The position numbers and the translations under genes are program-made. A model generated the notes under the pieces. The model was not told the origin of the DNA. It did no database searches and saw only the letters and a list, made by a program, of their open reading frames with translations. From a virus, in the IMG/VR virus record IMGVR_UViG_3300022562_001814, positions 168,738 to 200,737 of that record: 32,000 nucleotides of DNA; one strand, written 5' to 3'. Positions 15,926 through 24,553 of this stretch are shown piece by piece (positions within the stretch are counted from its first letter, which is position 1; every line of letters starts with the position of its first letter).

Positions 15926-16429
15926 TTATCCTATACTTTCGATATAAAATGGCGGTCGCACACCTGTACAAAATTTATTTGATATTTCTAAAGATTTTAT
16001 TATTCTTTCTTGAGGATCGTTAGAATAGTAATTTGACATTTCCATTGCCCCTTTTGCAATTTGTGCCCCATTTCCTATGCATTCATAATTTTCTATTATA
16101 TAACGCCAGGAAGCCATATTGCCTACCCAAATTAATTTATTTTTGTTTGTTGCAATTAATAATTCGCTTTCACAATTTGCTGGAGTACAATTTATTAAAG
16201 TCCTCCAAATTTTATTTAAATGCGCACTATCAAATTTGCCTTCAAAAATTTTAAACTCTTCATCTATCAAATTTGGTACACTTTTGGGACCCGAAAAACC
16301 AACCAAACAATTAAAATATTTGTGAATTTTAGTATCGGTTGCAGCGATTAATCCATGATGTAATGTGATTGCAGAATCACTACCCATATAAATTCTGTTT
16401 TCATGTTTTACCCCAATAATACAAGTCAT
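15926..16429 (-). CDS. HslV/proteasome beta-like Ntn-hydrolase
   Basis: N-terminus MTCIIGVKHENRIYMGSDSAITL aligns with HslV [23 protein letters not shown], with Thr directly after Met. Further matches: TKIHKY..LVGFSG and IGNGAQIAKGA. Confidence 0.7.
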   Translation of the reverse strand: MTCIIGVKHENRIYMGSDSAITLHHGLIAATDTKIHKYFNCLVGFSGPKSVPNLIDEEFKIFEGKFDSAHLNKIWRTLINCTPANCESELLIATNKNKLIWVGNMASWRYIIENYECIGNGAQIAKGAMEMSNYYSNDPQERIIKSLEISNKFCTGVRPPFYIESIG

Positions 16430-16704
16430 GTTATTTTTGATACTGTAATAAATTCTGGTAAAAAGCTAGCGGTCCCTAAATTAAATGGCATGTCTTTACA
16501 TTCGCCTTCTTTGCCATTTATAATTATTCTTGGTCCCAATAAACAATCTACTATTTCGTATTTATATGATTTATATTTAAAAATAATTCCATAATAATTT
16601 TTAGGATCATTAAAAGTTTCAAACTTTATATCTGTGGGTATTGTTAGTATAAATTTTTCTATTTTGAACTTTATATAGTCTGATTTATAATAATCAATAA
16701 CCAT
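16426..16704 (-). CDS. hypothetical protein
   Basis: 92-aa ORF with ATGA overlap at 16426-16429. Confidence 0.6.
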   Translation of the reverse strand: MVIDYYKSDYIKFKIEKFILTIPTDIKFETFNDPKNYYGIIFKYKSYKYEIVDCLLGPRIIINGKEGECKDMPFNLGTASFLPEFITVSKIT

Positions 16705-17044
16705 TTAATTTCATTTCCTCTTCATCATAATCTTCTGTTGGGCACGCAGTATAAAATTTATTCATAACATACACCGCATTCGGGTCTTCGCCCCAACCCC
16801 TTAACATAGAAGAGCTTAATATAGATTTAATTTCTGGCCATAAACCTTGTAATTCTTTCGAGGCTTCATTCAATTCTGAATTTGCGCCATCCGCATATGC
16901 TTTATCTTCAAAAGTATTTTTAAGTCTTAATTCTGGTTTTGAAGTTTTATTTTCTTTCCACAATATTTGTAATATTTCTGGAAATTCATTAAAAATATCT
17001 TCTCGCATTTCCGCATATACGTAACCTACATCTGGTATTCCCAT
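16694..17044 (-). CDS. hypothetical protein
   Basis: 116-aa ORF. SD AGGAAAATATT precedes the ATG. Confidence 0.65.
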   Translation of the reverse strand: MGIPDVGYVYAEMREDIFNEFPEILQILWKENKTSKPELRLKNTFEDKAYADGANSELNEASKELQGLWPEIKSILSSSMLRGWGEDPNAVYVMNKFYTACPTEDYDEEEMKLNGY

Positions 17045-17055
17045 AATATTTTCCT

Positions 17056-18090
17056 TTATTTAATAACTTGAACATCGTGGGCATTACTTTCTCGTAATCC
17101 GGCAGAAGATATTTTAACAAACTGTGGGTTTTTCTTCAAGCCTTCTAAATTAAAAACACCTTGATAGCTCATGCCGGAACGCAATCCTTCAGTAATACTT
17201 TGAATAACTTGTGATGTTTCACCCTTATATTTGACTACCGCCTCTACACCTTCCGTATAGGTACCGCGATGTGTTGAACTTCCTACGTAGCTTTTATATA
17301 AATTACCATCAATTTCTTTAATAATATCTCCGGGAGTTTCTGAAGATGCGGCAAAAAGATTACCGCACATTGTTAAGTCTGCGAAGCACAAACTTTTCAC
17401 AACGTCCCCGGGAGTTTTGCATCCACCGTCGTTCATAATAAATAATTTTCTTTGAAGATTTTTTTCCGTTTCAATTTTTGCCTGATAGCAATCAATTAAA
17501 GTGGTCATACTAGGGACACCGTTCCCAGTATTTATACGCGTCAAGCAAATCGATCCACTCCCAACCGAACATTTACAAATATCTGCCCCGGCTTCCCATA
17601 TTCTTTTAGCCCCGTCACCCATAGCCACATTGCCAGATATCAACAAAACATTGGGATATTCTATTGCCATGTATCGTGTCATTTCTAAACAATGAAGAGA
17701 ATCGCCATGAGCGATATCTATACAAATAATTTGTGCCCCACGATTTATTAGTTCATCAACATTTTTATAATCTTCTTTTTTTACCCCAACAGAAAAACCT
17801 ATAAATTTAGTAGTATCTTCTCCCCAGATTTTAATTTCCTCTAACCATTTTAATTGAGTCTCAAACTCAGTAAACCTATGAAAAATTGCTAAACCTTTGT
17901 TTTCATAAATTAATTTTGCCATCGACAATTCGGTAATTGTTTTCATATTGCTCGGCACAAATGGTAAATTAAATTTAAAACCTTTTGTTAACGTTACGGA
18001 AATATCGATTTCTGAACGACTTCTCGCGGTTGAATATTTTGGAACAAGCATAAGATCATCAAAGGAGTAACTATCTATAAAATTAATCAT
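17056..18090 (-). CDS. guaC: IMPDH/GMP reductase family enzyme without CBS insert (GMP reductase-like)
   Basis: FDDLMLVPKYS, LPFVPSNM, ICIDIAHG, catalytic-loop VGSGSICLTR, and NDGGCKTPGD. The 344-aa length and lack of a CBS pair fit GuaC rather than GuaB. Confidence 0.75.
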   Translation of the reverse strand: MINFIDSYSFDDLMLVPKYSTARSRSEIDISVTLTKGFKFNLPFVPSNMKTITELSMAKLIYENKGLAIFHRFTEFETQLKWLEEIKIWGEDTTKFIGFSVGVKKEDYKNVDELINRGAQIICIDIAHGDSLHCLEMTRYMAIEYPNVLLISGNVAMGDGAKRIWEAGADICKCSVGSGSICLTRINTGNGVPSMTTLIDCYQAKIETEKNLQRKLFIMNDGGCKTPGDVVKSLCFADLTMCGNLFAASSETPGDIIKEIDGNLYKSYVGSSTHRGTYTEGVEAVVKYKGETSQVIQSITEGLRSGMSYQGVFNLEGLKKNPQFVKISSAGLRESNAHDVQVIK

Positions 18091-18131
18091 TAAATTTCTG
18101 TCCTTTTAATTTGTGTCAATAAACCCGTATA

Positions 18132-18140
18132 TCTATATCA
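18132..18140 (-). promoter_or_regulatory. possible extended -10 element TGATATAGA upstream of guaC
   Basis: Minus-strand TGATATAGA in the 70-nt divergent intergenic region. Related to the two TGATATAAT sites. Confidence 0.25.
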
Positions 18141-18160
18141 AGGTTTAATAGGTATTTAAA

Positions 18161-18436
18161 ATGAAAAAAGGTTTATTTTTTATAATTTTTTTGGCAAGTA
18201 TTTTAGTTGCTTGTCCTAATGGTCCTCTTCCTATTACCGAAGAATTGGCATATTGTCAAGTGGCCGAAACTCATTTAAAACAGTTGGGATGTATTCCTTC
18301 GGATCGTCCATATACAATAAAAGGTAAAAGCTTTACTCAATTTTGTCAAGAAACAATGATGAACGGTGTTAATTTATCACCCAAATGTTTATCTCAAATA
18401 CAATCATGTAATCAAATGAATACTTGTATACAATAA
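18161..18436 (+). CDS. small Cys-rich lipoprotein
   Basis: Signal peptide plus lipobox MKKGLFFIIFLASILVAC. The mature part has 6 further Cys. Confidence 0.7.
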   Translation: MKKGLFFIIFLASILVACPNGPLPITEELAYCQVAETHLKQLGCIPSDRPYTIKGKSFTQFCQETMMNGVNLSPKCLSQIQSCNQMNTCIQ

Positions 18437-18445
18437 AGGCGTATT

Positions 18446-19285
18446 ATGAGTGTGAGGCAGTCATCATTTAAGAAATTTAAAGGCAATTGGAAGGATTATT
18501 ATATTTGTAAATTACCTGTTGTATATTGTATTACAAATATTATCAATGGTAATTTATATATAGGAATTTCATCTAATATTTCTAAAAGATTAAGAGATTA
18601 TGGGGCAATTTTAAAATCAAATAAAAAATATAGTAATATCCAAGTGATAGGTCGGGCGCTTAAAAAGTATGGTGCAGATAATTTTAGTTTTGATATTATC
18701 AAAATATATGATAATATAGAAGAATGTAAATGTGAAGAAATAGAGCAAATTGCTTATTTTCGGTCTATAAATTATACAATATATAATTCTACTGATGGTG
18801 GCGATCATATCTCTAATAATCAAAGAGCTGGCGAAGAGGTTTATAATGCAAAATTAAAAAATAATGATATTTTAAGAATTTTTAAGTTGCATCATATTTA
18901 TAATAAATTTCCAAAAGAAATATCTAAAATATACAAAGTAGACGAAAATGTTATTTATAGGGTTTTAAAAGGTGATACATATAAAAATATAAGCCACTCA
19001 TTAATATCTCGATATGGGATTAAAAAAAATGATACCTCTATGAAATGTTTTGGACATTTAAATTATCAATCAAAATTTGATGAGCATCAAATAGAAAATT
19101 TATTTAAATTATATCATATAGATTATTTATCTACAGAAGATTTAGCTAAAATTTACAATACCTGCAGGGGCACAATTCATAAAATCCTAACGGGCAAATC
19201 TTATAAAAATGTATCAATTAAATTTAAACAAATATACGGCAATTTGCGTATTTCTACTTGGAAAATACATAATAAGGAAAATTAA
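18446..19285 (+). CDS. GIY-YIG homing endonuclease with two C-terminal HTH modules
   Basis: VVYCITNIINGNLYIGIS, KRLRDY, KKYGADNFSFDII, EEIEQIAY and YN. HTH repeats EISKIYKVDENVIYRVLKGDTYKNIS and DLAKIYNTCRGTIHKILTGKSYKNVS. Confidence 0.85.
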   Translation: MSVRQSSFKKFKGNWKDYYICKLPVVYCITNIINGNLYIGISSNISKRLRDYGAILKSNKKYSNIQVIGRALKKYGADNFSFDIIKIYDNIEECKCEEIEQIAYFRSINYTIYNSTDGGDHISNNQRAGEEVYNAKLKNNDILRIFKLHHIYNKFPKEISKIYKVDENVIYRVLKGDTYKNISHSLISRYGIKKNDTSMKCFGHLNYQSKFDEHQIENLFKLYHIDYLSTEDLAKIYNTCRGTIHKILTGKSYKNVSIKFKQIYGNLRISTWKIHNKEN

Positions 19286-20062
19286 ATGCATTTTAGATTG
19301 GGTGGATACCGACCATCGGTTGGCGAAATTAACTGTTCAAAATTTAGAATAGATAAATTTGTGAAAATGGCATCTTCACAAAATAACATACATATTATTC
19401 CTGAATTTACGCCTATAAGTAATCAGGGGATTATAGGTTCGTGCACGGCTAATGCGACTGCAGATGCGTTCGAAATGCTCAAAGGATTAGAAGATCCTGC
19501 AAAAGTCGAACAAGTGAGTCGTCTTTTTATTTATTACAATGCTCGGGTATATTCAAATGATACTAATTCAGATAGTGGATGTTATATTCATGACGCCTTA
19601 GATTCTTTAAAAAAATTAGGTGCATGTCGTGAATCAACTTGGCAATACGATACAAGCAAAGTATTTATAAAACCTACTCTAGAGTCTTATAAAGAAGGTA
19701 ATGATAATACGATAGAAACTTTTTATCAGATAGGTGAGACGGGCGAAAATAGATTAAAGCAAATTGAAACTGCCATTCGTGCAAATCACCCCGTAATTTT
19801 TGGCACTTCTGTGGGAAAAGAATTTTTAGAATATACCGGAGATAATAAAGTATTTGATCCACCAAAAGATTCTATGGGAGGACATGCTATGCTAATTACT
19901 GGCATTAGAACTATTAATGGAGTTAGAGAATTTTTTATCCGCAATTCTTGGGGAGAGGGTTGGGGAAATAAAGGTCATTGTTGGTTTTCTTCTGATTATA
20001 TTAACTGGGCTTCCACCCATGACTTCTTTGTGCCAACTCGTATGATAGATTTTATTGTTTAA
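19286..20062 (+). CDS. papain-like (C1 family) cysteine peptidase
   Basis: NQGIIGSCTANA (Gln plus catalytic Cys), GGHAMLITG (His), and NSWGEGWGNKGH (Asn-Ser-Trp). No signal peptide. Confidence 0.8.
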   Translation: MHFRLGGYRPSVGEINCSKFRIDKFVKMASSQNNIHIIPEFTPISNQGIIGSCTANATADAFEMLKGLEDPAKVEQVSRLFIYYNARVYSNDTNSDSGCYIHDALDSLKKLGACRESTWQYDTSKVFIKPTLESYKEGNDNTIETFYQIGETGENRLKQIETAIRANHPVIFGTSVGKEFLEYTGDNKVFDPPKDSMGGHAMLITGIRTINGVREFFIRNSWGEGWGNKGHCWFSSDYINWASTHDFFVPTRMIDFIV

Positions 20063-20069
20063 GGTCTAT

Positions 20070-20933
20070 ATGAAATATTTTGATAGCACGATAAATTATG
20101 TTAAATCTTTATTTGCAACTCCCAGGATGGTAGAAGTAAGTATAGAAAAATTAGATTTTCCTGAAACTTACAAAGTTTCTGATTTATACCCTAAATTACC
20201 ATTTTCAGAAAATATATCTGGATCTCAAATTGGGGCTGAAATTTTAAATATTGGAGCAACTCAACAAAGAGACGATATTATTTATCAGCACTGTGTTAAA
20301 GGCAATATGCCTTTTTGGATGAATAATTTCGTGCCCATAACAGTTAGTGATAAGATTAATACTTTAACTTATTTTGTTGCTCCAGATGTTTTGTGTGTTG
20401 GAAATGGTTCGGATTTTTTAAGAGTTTCTTTGAATGGTTATACGGCAAGAAAAATAGTAGATGCTTTTGATTGTATTTTGCCAACTAAGAAAATGTCCGA
20501 TCAAATATGGACAAAAGCAGATTTAAAATTAATGCCTGTTGGTATGGGCGCATCATATCAAATGACAAATATTCAAACATTAATTAATCATCATAATACT
20601 ATAGAAAAACAAAGGGCGAATAGAAATTTTGTACTACTCGCTGGACATAAGAAAGATATTGTATACACAAAACATTTACTTGTTGATAAAACCAGATTAG
20701 CGATATATGGATGGCATTATCCAGATGGGCACGCTATTCAAGGACCAAGACCAAATAGTACAAGTCATAGTGTTTTATATCAAGATTATTCTTCATCAAT
20801 AAGATTAATTTCTCAAAAAGCTATATTAAATCAACAAATTGTAAATATGTATGATATATTGAATAATAAAGAGTATGCAACTCTTATTAGTGATGAAGGT
20901 GCTATGGATGCGAGCCAAATGTATCGGGGATAG
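20070..20933 (+). CDS. conserved-looking hypothetical protein
   Basis: Start at the ATG at 20070, after TAAGGTCTAT. Conserved-looking blocks: VAPDVLCVGNGSDFLRVSLNGYTARKIVD, LLAGHKKDIVY, IYGWHYPDGHAIQG. I cannot name the family. Confidence 0.7.
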   Translation: MKYFDSTINYVKSLFATPRMVEVSIEKLDFPETYKVSDLYPKLPFSENISGSQIGAEILNIGATQQRDDIIYQHCVKGNMPFWMNNFVPITVSDKINTLTYFVAPDVLCVGNGSDFLRVSLNGYTARKIVDAFDCILPTKKMSDQIWTKADLKLMPVGMGASYQMTNIQTLINHHNTIEKQRANRNFVLLAGHKKDIVYTKHLLVDKTRLAIYGWHYPDGHAIQGPRPNSTSHSVLYQDYSSSIRLISQKAILNQQIVNMYDILNNKEYATLISDEGAMDASQMYRG

Positions 20934-21681
20934 AAAATTTTATGTTTATAAGATTACTAATCATGTCAACGGTAAAGTATACATTGGTAAATCAAATACA
21001 GCCAAAAATCGTTGGAAAGATCATCTTGCTATAGCAGAAAGACAATCACCTAAAAACAGTTACTCCTATTTGCACAAATCCATCAATAAATACGGTAAAG
21101 ATAATTTTACTTTTGAAATTATTGAATATTTTAATGATGAGACCCTCGCTTATGCGGCAGAACAACGATACGTGTTATTATATAGAGCTAATGAACATAT
21201 ATATGGAATGAATATGAACTCTGGTGGTCTCGGAGGAATGCGGCATACTCAAGAAATAAAAGATAAAATTAGTGCAAAAAGAATTGGATTTAAATTTAGT
21301 GAAGAGTCGATAGAAAAAATGAGCAAGTCCCATTTGGGACAGCGTCCGACATTTGCAAATTTTACTGATCAAGACGTAATTGAGATTAGACGTAAATTTC
21401 ATGATATGAAATTGCGCAAAATAAAATACATACGTGAAATTTTAGCAAAAGAATATAATGCATCCATTTCTTCTATATCATTTGTATTAAACGGAAAAAA
21501 CTACAAGCACATACCTATAGAAATTTTACCGGAACTACCACAAGATCTAAAAGCATGTTCTAAATGTAATATGATACAGTCAAAAATCAATTATTCAAAA
21601 TGTAATAAAGCAAAAGACGGTTTAATGTGTAGATGTAAAATGTGTGATCGTGTAACTCCAAGAAAACAAAGGAAAAGGTAA
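20908..21681 (+). CDS. GIY-YIG homing endonuclease with NUMOD3-like repeats, an HTH and a Cys-rich tail
   Basis: Start at the ATG at 20908, after GAAGGT. FYVYKITNHVNGKVYIGKS, NRWKDH, NKYGKDNFTFEII. Repeats HTQEIKDKISAKRIG and SEESIEKMSKSHLG. HTH ILAKEYNASISSISFVLNGKNYKHIP. C-terminal CSKC...CRCKMC. Confidence 0.85.
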   Translation: MRAKCIGDRKFYVYKITNHVNGKVYIGKSNTAKNRWKDHLAIAERQSPKNSYSYLHKSINKYGKDNFTFEIIEYFNDETLAYAAEQRYVLLYRANEHIYGMNMNSGGLGGMRHTQEIKDKISAKRIGFKFSEESIEKMSKSHLGQRPTFANFTDQDVIEIRRKFHDMKLRKIKYIREILAKEYNASISSISFVLNGKNYKHIPIEILPELPQDLKACSKCNMIQSKINYSKCNKAKDGLMCRCKMCDRVTPRKQRKR

Positions 21682-21682
21682 T

Positions 21683-22444
21683 ATGAATAACCATTACATT
21701 GCAAAAATTCACACTAAACCATGGGAAATTGAAGATCGCAGATTTTTTATTTATAAAAAATCAATTAAAAATTTTCTCCTTGTCGGAGAAAATAATTCTA
21801 AACATTATTTGGCACAAGAAAATATATATAGTGATCGGCTGGAAAAATTTTGTAAAATACATATTGAAGGTCCTTTAAATCATGCTAGAGAGAAGCTTAA
21901 AAATAGCAAAAAACTAACCAATAAAGAAAGTAAAGCATTATGGTTATTGTTTATGATGCAAGCACACAGATTTCCGAATCAAGGAACAATAACTACTTTA
22001 GAAAAACTTATTGATAAATCAGATGAATATATAAATAAATTAATCATGTTGATGGGGCAAAGATTTACAATGAAAGTACATGAAACCGATAGATATATTC
22101 ACTTTCCTAATAAGGCATATTTTCAAGCATTACCTATAGGTTCTATACCGGTTATCGGCATGCCGTTATCTACTACGCAAGTTATTTTTATATTTGAATC
22201 GCAAGCTTTTGGACATGCTTCATTTTCTGATATTATGAACCTAAATTGCCAACTCACCTCAGTATTAAGTTTAGGTAATTCTGATGAAATCATTATTACG
22301 CCAGAAACATACGAGCTTGTTAAAGATGATGTTCATAAAATACAAGCATTATTACAAGAACTTAGCATACTTGAAATTGATAAAAATAAATTAATAAATT
22401 TACACTGGGAACTGGCTGAAAAGTTGCGAGACCTCGGCTTATAA
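21683..22444 (+). CDS. hypothetical protein, DUF4238-like
   Basis: N-terminal NHYIAKIHTKPWE, then AQENIYSD.LEKF..IEGPLN, then ALWLLFMMQAHRFPN. This follows the HY.P.fyL / e.dfY / fia.Q..Rtp pattern I associate with DUF4238, from memory only. Confidence 0.4.
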   Translation: MNNHYIAKIHTKPWEIEDRRFFIYKKSIKNFLLVGENNSKHYLAQENIYSDRLEKFCKIHIEGPLNHAREKLKNSKKLTNKESKALWLLFMMQAHRFPNQGTITTLEKLIDKSDEYINKLIMLMGQRFTMKVHETDRYIHFPNKAYFQALPIGSIPVIGMPLSTTQVIFIFESQAFGHASFSDIMNLNCQLTSVLSLGNSDEIIITPETYELVKDDVHKIQALLQELSILEIDKNKLINLHWELAEKLRDLGL

Positions 22445-22675
22445 TTAAGCTGATCGCAATCGTTTAACAATACGTCCGATAGATAAATCGTAGGGAGAAA
22501 CTTCTACTATTACTTTATCCCCAACAATTACTTTAATTTCATTGAGTTTAATTTTACCACCTAATCGGGCATTAACGAAATGAGACTCGCTAATTTTTAC
22601 TCTGAAAATTCCTTTATTTGTTTCCAATACTTCGCCCTCGAGGGATAAACGATCATCACGACTTGAATTGCTCAT
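22445..22675 (-). CDS. infA: translation initiation factor IF-1
   Basis: The 76-aa sequence aligns along its length with E. coli InfA. LEGEVLETNKGIFRVKI matches MQGTVLETLPNTMFRVEL, and GDKVIVEVSPYDLSIGRIVKR matches [21 protein letters not shown]. Confidence 0.85.
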   Translation of the reverse strand: MSNSSRDDRLSLEGEVLETNKGIFRVKISESHFVNARLGGKIKLNEIKVIVGDKVIVEVSPYDLSIGRIVKRLRSA

Positions 22676-23295
22676 TATATAAAATACTCCATTAATTTAC
22701 TATATGCCACAATATTTGGTATGAAGAATTTAGACACTGGAACTGTGACAATAAACCATTCTACATGTCGTAGGTCTTTTAATTCTGATTTGGTATTGAG
22801 TTTAATAAAATGTTTTTGTTTTTTAAATTTAATAAATGCTTCTAGTATTTTGTATCCCACAGTTAAAGGGGAAATAATATTGAGCTGATCGTTTTCATTT
22901 ATATAGCAACGAAAATAATTATCCGTGCCCCGAGACAACAGAATAAAATTTGTGCTTTCAGGAATTAAACCAATACAAATAGATTGACTATGTTCAATAA
23001 TAAAATTTATAGTTTCGTTTTTAAAAATATCTGTTGAAACGTTCGGAAATTTGTGTTGTTGGTTTTGTATTTTTATTTTTTTATTTTTGATCTCCAAATA
23101 TTTATCGGCAAATTCATCGACCCATTTTGTTTCTAATCCTGATTTAGAATTAAAGGTTTGACTAAATACGGTTTCTGGTTTTAATCTACAGTTTTTAATA
23201 ATATTAGGTAAAAATTTGTTGTTAGTATATGCGCCTACCAAAAGGATTTTTTTGGCTATTTTTTTATTGAATTGTTCCAATGAGATGTTTCGCAT
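22675..23295 (-). CDS. hypothetical protein
   Basis: 206-aa ORF with a TAATG overlap with infA. Confidence 0.65.
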   Translation of the reverse strand: MRNISLEQFNKKIAKKILLVGAYTNNKFLPNIIKNCRLKPETVFSQTFNSKSGLETKWVDEFADKYLEIKNKKIKIQNQQHKFPNVSTDIFKNETINFIIEHSQSICIGLIPESTNFILLSRGTDNYFRCYINENDQLNIISPLTVGYKILEAFIKFKKQKHFIKLNTKSELKDLRHVEWFIVTVPVSKFFIPNIVAYSKLMEYFI

Positions 23296-23692
23296 ATGGC
23301 GCGCCGGTATAATTAATTTTATTTATTTGATTAAGTGTACAACGATAATATTTTTCACCAAATTTTAAATTCGGAAAATACATATCCGTCCAATCTTTAT
23401 CAATTGAAACAAATTTTTTAATTTTTTCAAAATTTAAATTTTCTGGGGTCGAATATTTATAGAATAAAGCAAGATTTGTTGCAATTTCTTTTTGAGATTT
23501 TAAATGTTGAGAATAAGTAGAAATGATACCCGAAGGTAGTAAAGAAGCATCACCTCTTGATGCATATATATCAATATTTATAGACAGAGCAAGTTGTGCT
23601 GTAAATTCACTGTCATGAAGTATGTAAGTAAAAGTAAATAAATGCTTATCCCGATTTGTTTTGAACTCTTTATATGTAAAGTGCATAAACAT
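23264..23692 (-). CDS. hypothetical protein
   Basis: 142-aa ORF with a TAATG overlap with the exonuclease gene. Confidence 0.6.
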   Translation of the reverse strand: MFMHFTYKEFKTNRDKHLFTFTYILHDSEFTAQLALSINIDIYASRGDASLLPSGIISTYSQHLKSQKEIATNLALFYKYSTPENLNFEKIKKFVSIDKDWTDMYFPNLKFGEKYYRCTLNQINKINYTGAPYAKHLIGTIQ

Positions 23693-24312
23693 TATTCATA
23701 CTCTTCTATATCTTCCATTGAATATTCTTGATTACCATGTGGAAATTGTTTAATGAGATCTAAATATTCAATATTAGAATCCATCAAATATTTCCATAAT
23801 ATATATGTGTTTCTAGAATCCCCTTTAGCTGTATGTAAGCCGCTGTATTTTTTTAATCCGAATAGATCCATAACTAGATCTAGTTTTACTTTGGCTTTTG
23901 GATTTCCCATCTGTGCAGCCATTCTTTTAGATAGAGGGACCGTGTCAAGCCATAAGTGAGCGCAAAATGCTTTATTTTGTTCTTCCCACATATAATGAAG
24001 AAATCTTCGATCAAATGCTGCGTTATGAGCGACTATACATCTATGTGCGGGTGTTAAACCATCCTGAGTTAAAAAATTATCCACGTCTTCTATAGCTTGT
24101 AATTTACTGATGCCTCTTGATAAATCTGCTATGGTTTTACCAGTAATGAAAAGAGCATCATAAGAAGCATTTTTAGGTTTAAGTGCTTTAATTGTTCTTG
24201 TTAATTGAACTTTGTCACTGCCTCTAATTATTGAGATTTCAATAATTTCCTGATCTCCAACCTTAAGACCTGTAGTTTCAGTATCCAAAATATAATAAGC
24301 TAATCCGCTCAT
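23692..24312 (-). CDS. DEDDh 3'-5' exonuclease (DnaQ/epsilon-like)
   Basis: Start at the ATG at 24312, a TGATG overlap with the upstream stop. ExoI YILDTETTGL, ExoII IVAHNAAFDRRFL, ExoIII HTAKGDSRNT. Confidence 0.8.
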   Translation of the reverse strand: MSGLAYYILDTETTGLKVGDQEIIEISIIRGSDKVQLTRTIKALKPKNASYDALFITGKTIADLSRGISKLQAIEDVDNFLTQDGLTPAHRCIVAHNAAFDRRFLHYMWEEQNKAFCAHLWLDTVPLSKRMAAQMGNPKAKVKLDLVMDLFGLKKYSGLHTAKGDSRNTYILWKYLMDSNIEYLDLIKQFPHGNQEYSMEDIEEYE

Positions 24313-24545
24313 CAAATATTCCTATAAGTTTTAGAGAATTTAACCATACTAGAATTTGGTGTATACACGATCGCTTTTAATTTTATTTTACGATTTAAAT
24401 TTTGTTTATATGATAATTTACGAGCAGAGAATTTATCTACTTCTTTTAAAGCTTCTTTTTCATCTGTTGCAGATACTCTGTAAGTAATTGTAGTAGGTAC
24501 TAATATTTCTAATTTGACATCAAATTGTTGTTTTGGTTTATTCAT
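24312..24545 (-). CDS. hypothetical protein
   Basis: 77-aa ORF between the dUTPase and exonuclease genes. Confidence 0.6.
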   Translation of the reverse strand: MNKPKQQFDVKLEILVPTTITYRVSATDEKEALKEVDKFSARKLSYKQNLNRKIKLKAIVYTPNSSMVKFSKTYRNI

Positions 24546-24553
24546 TATTCCTC

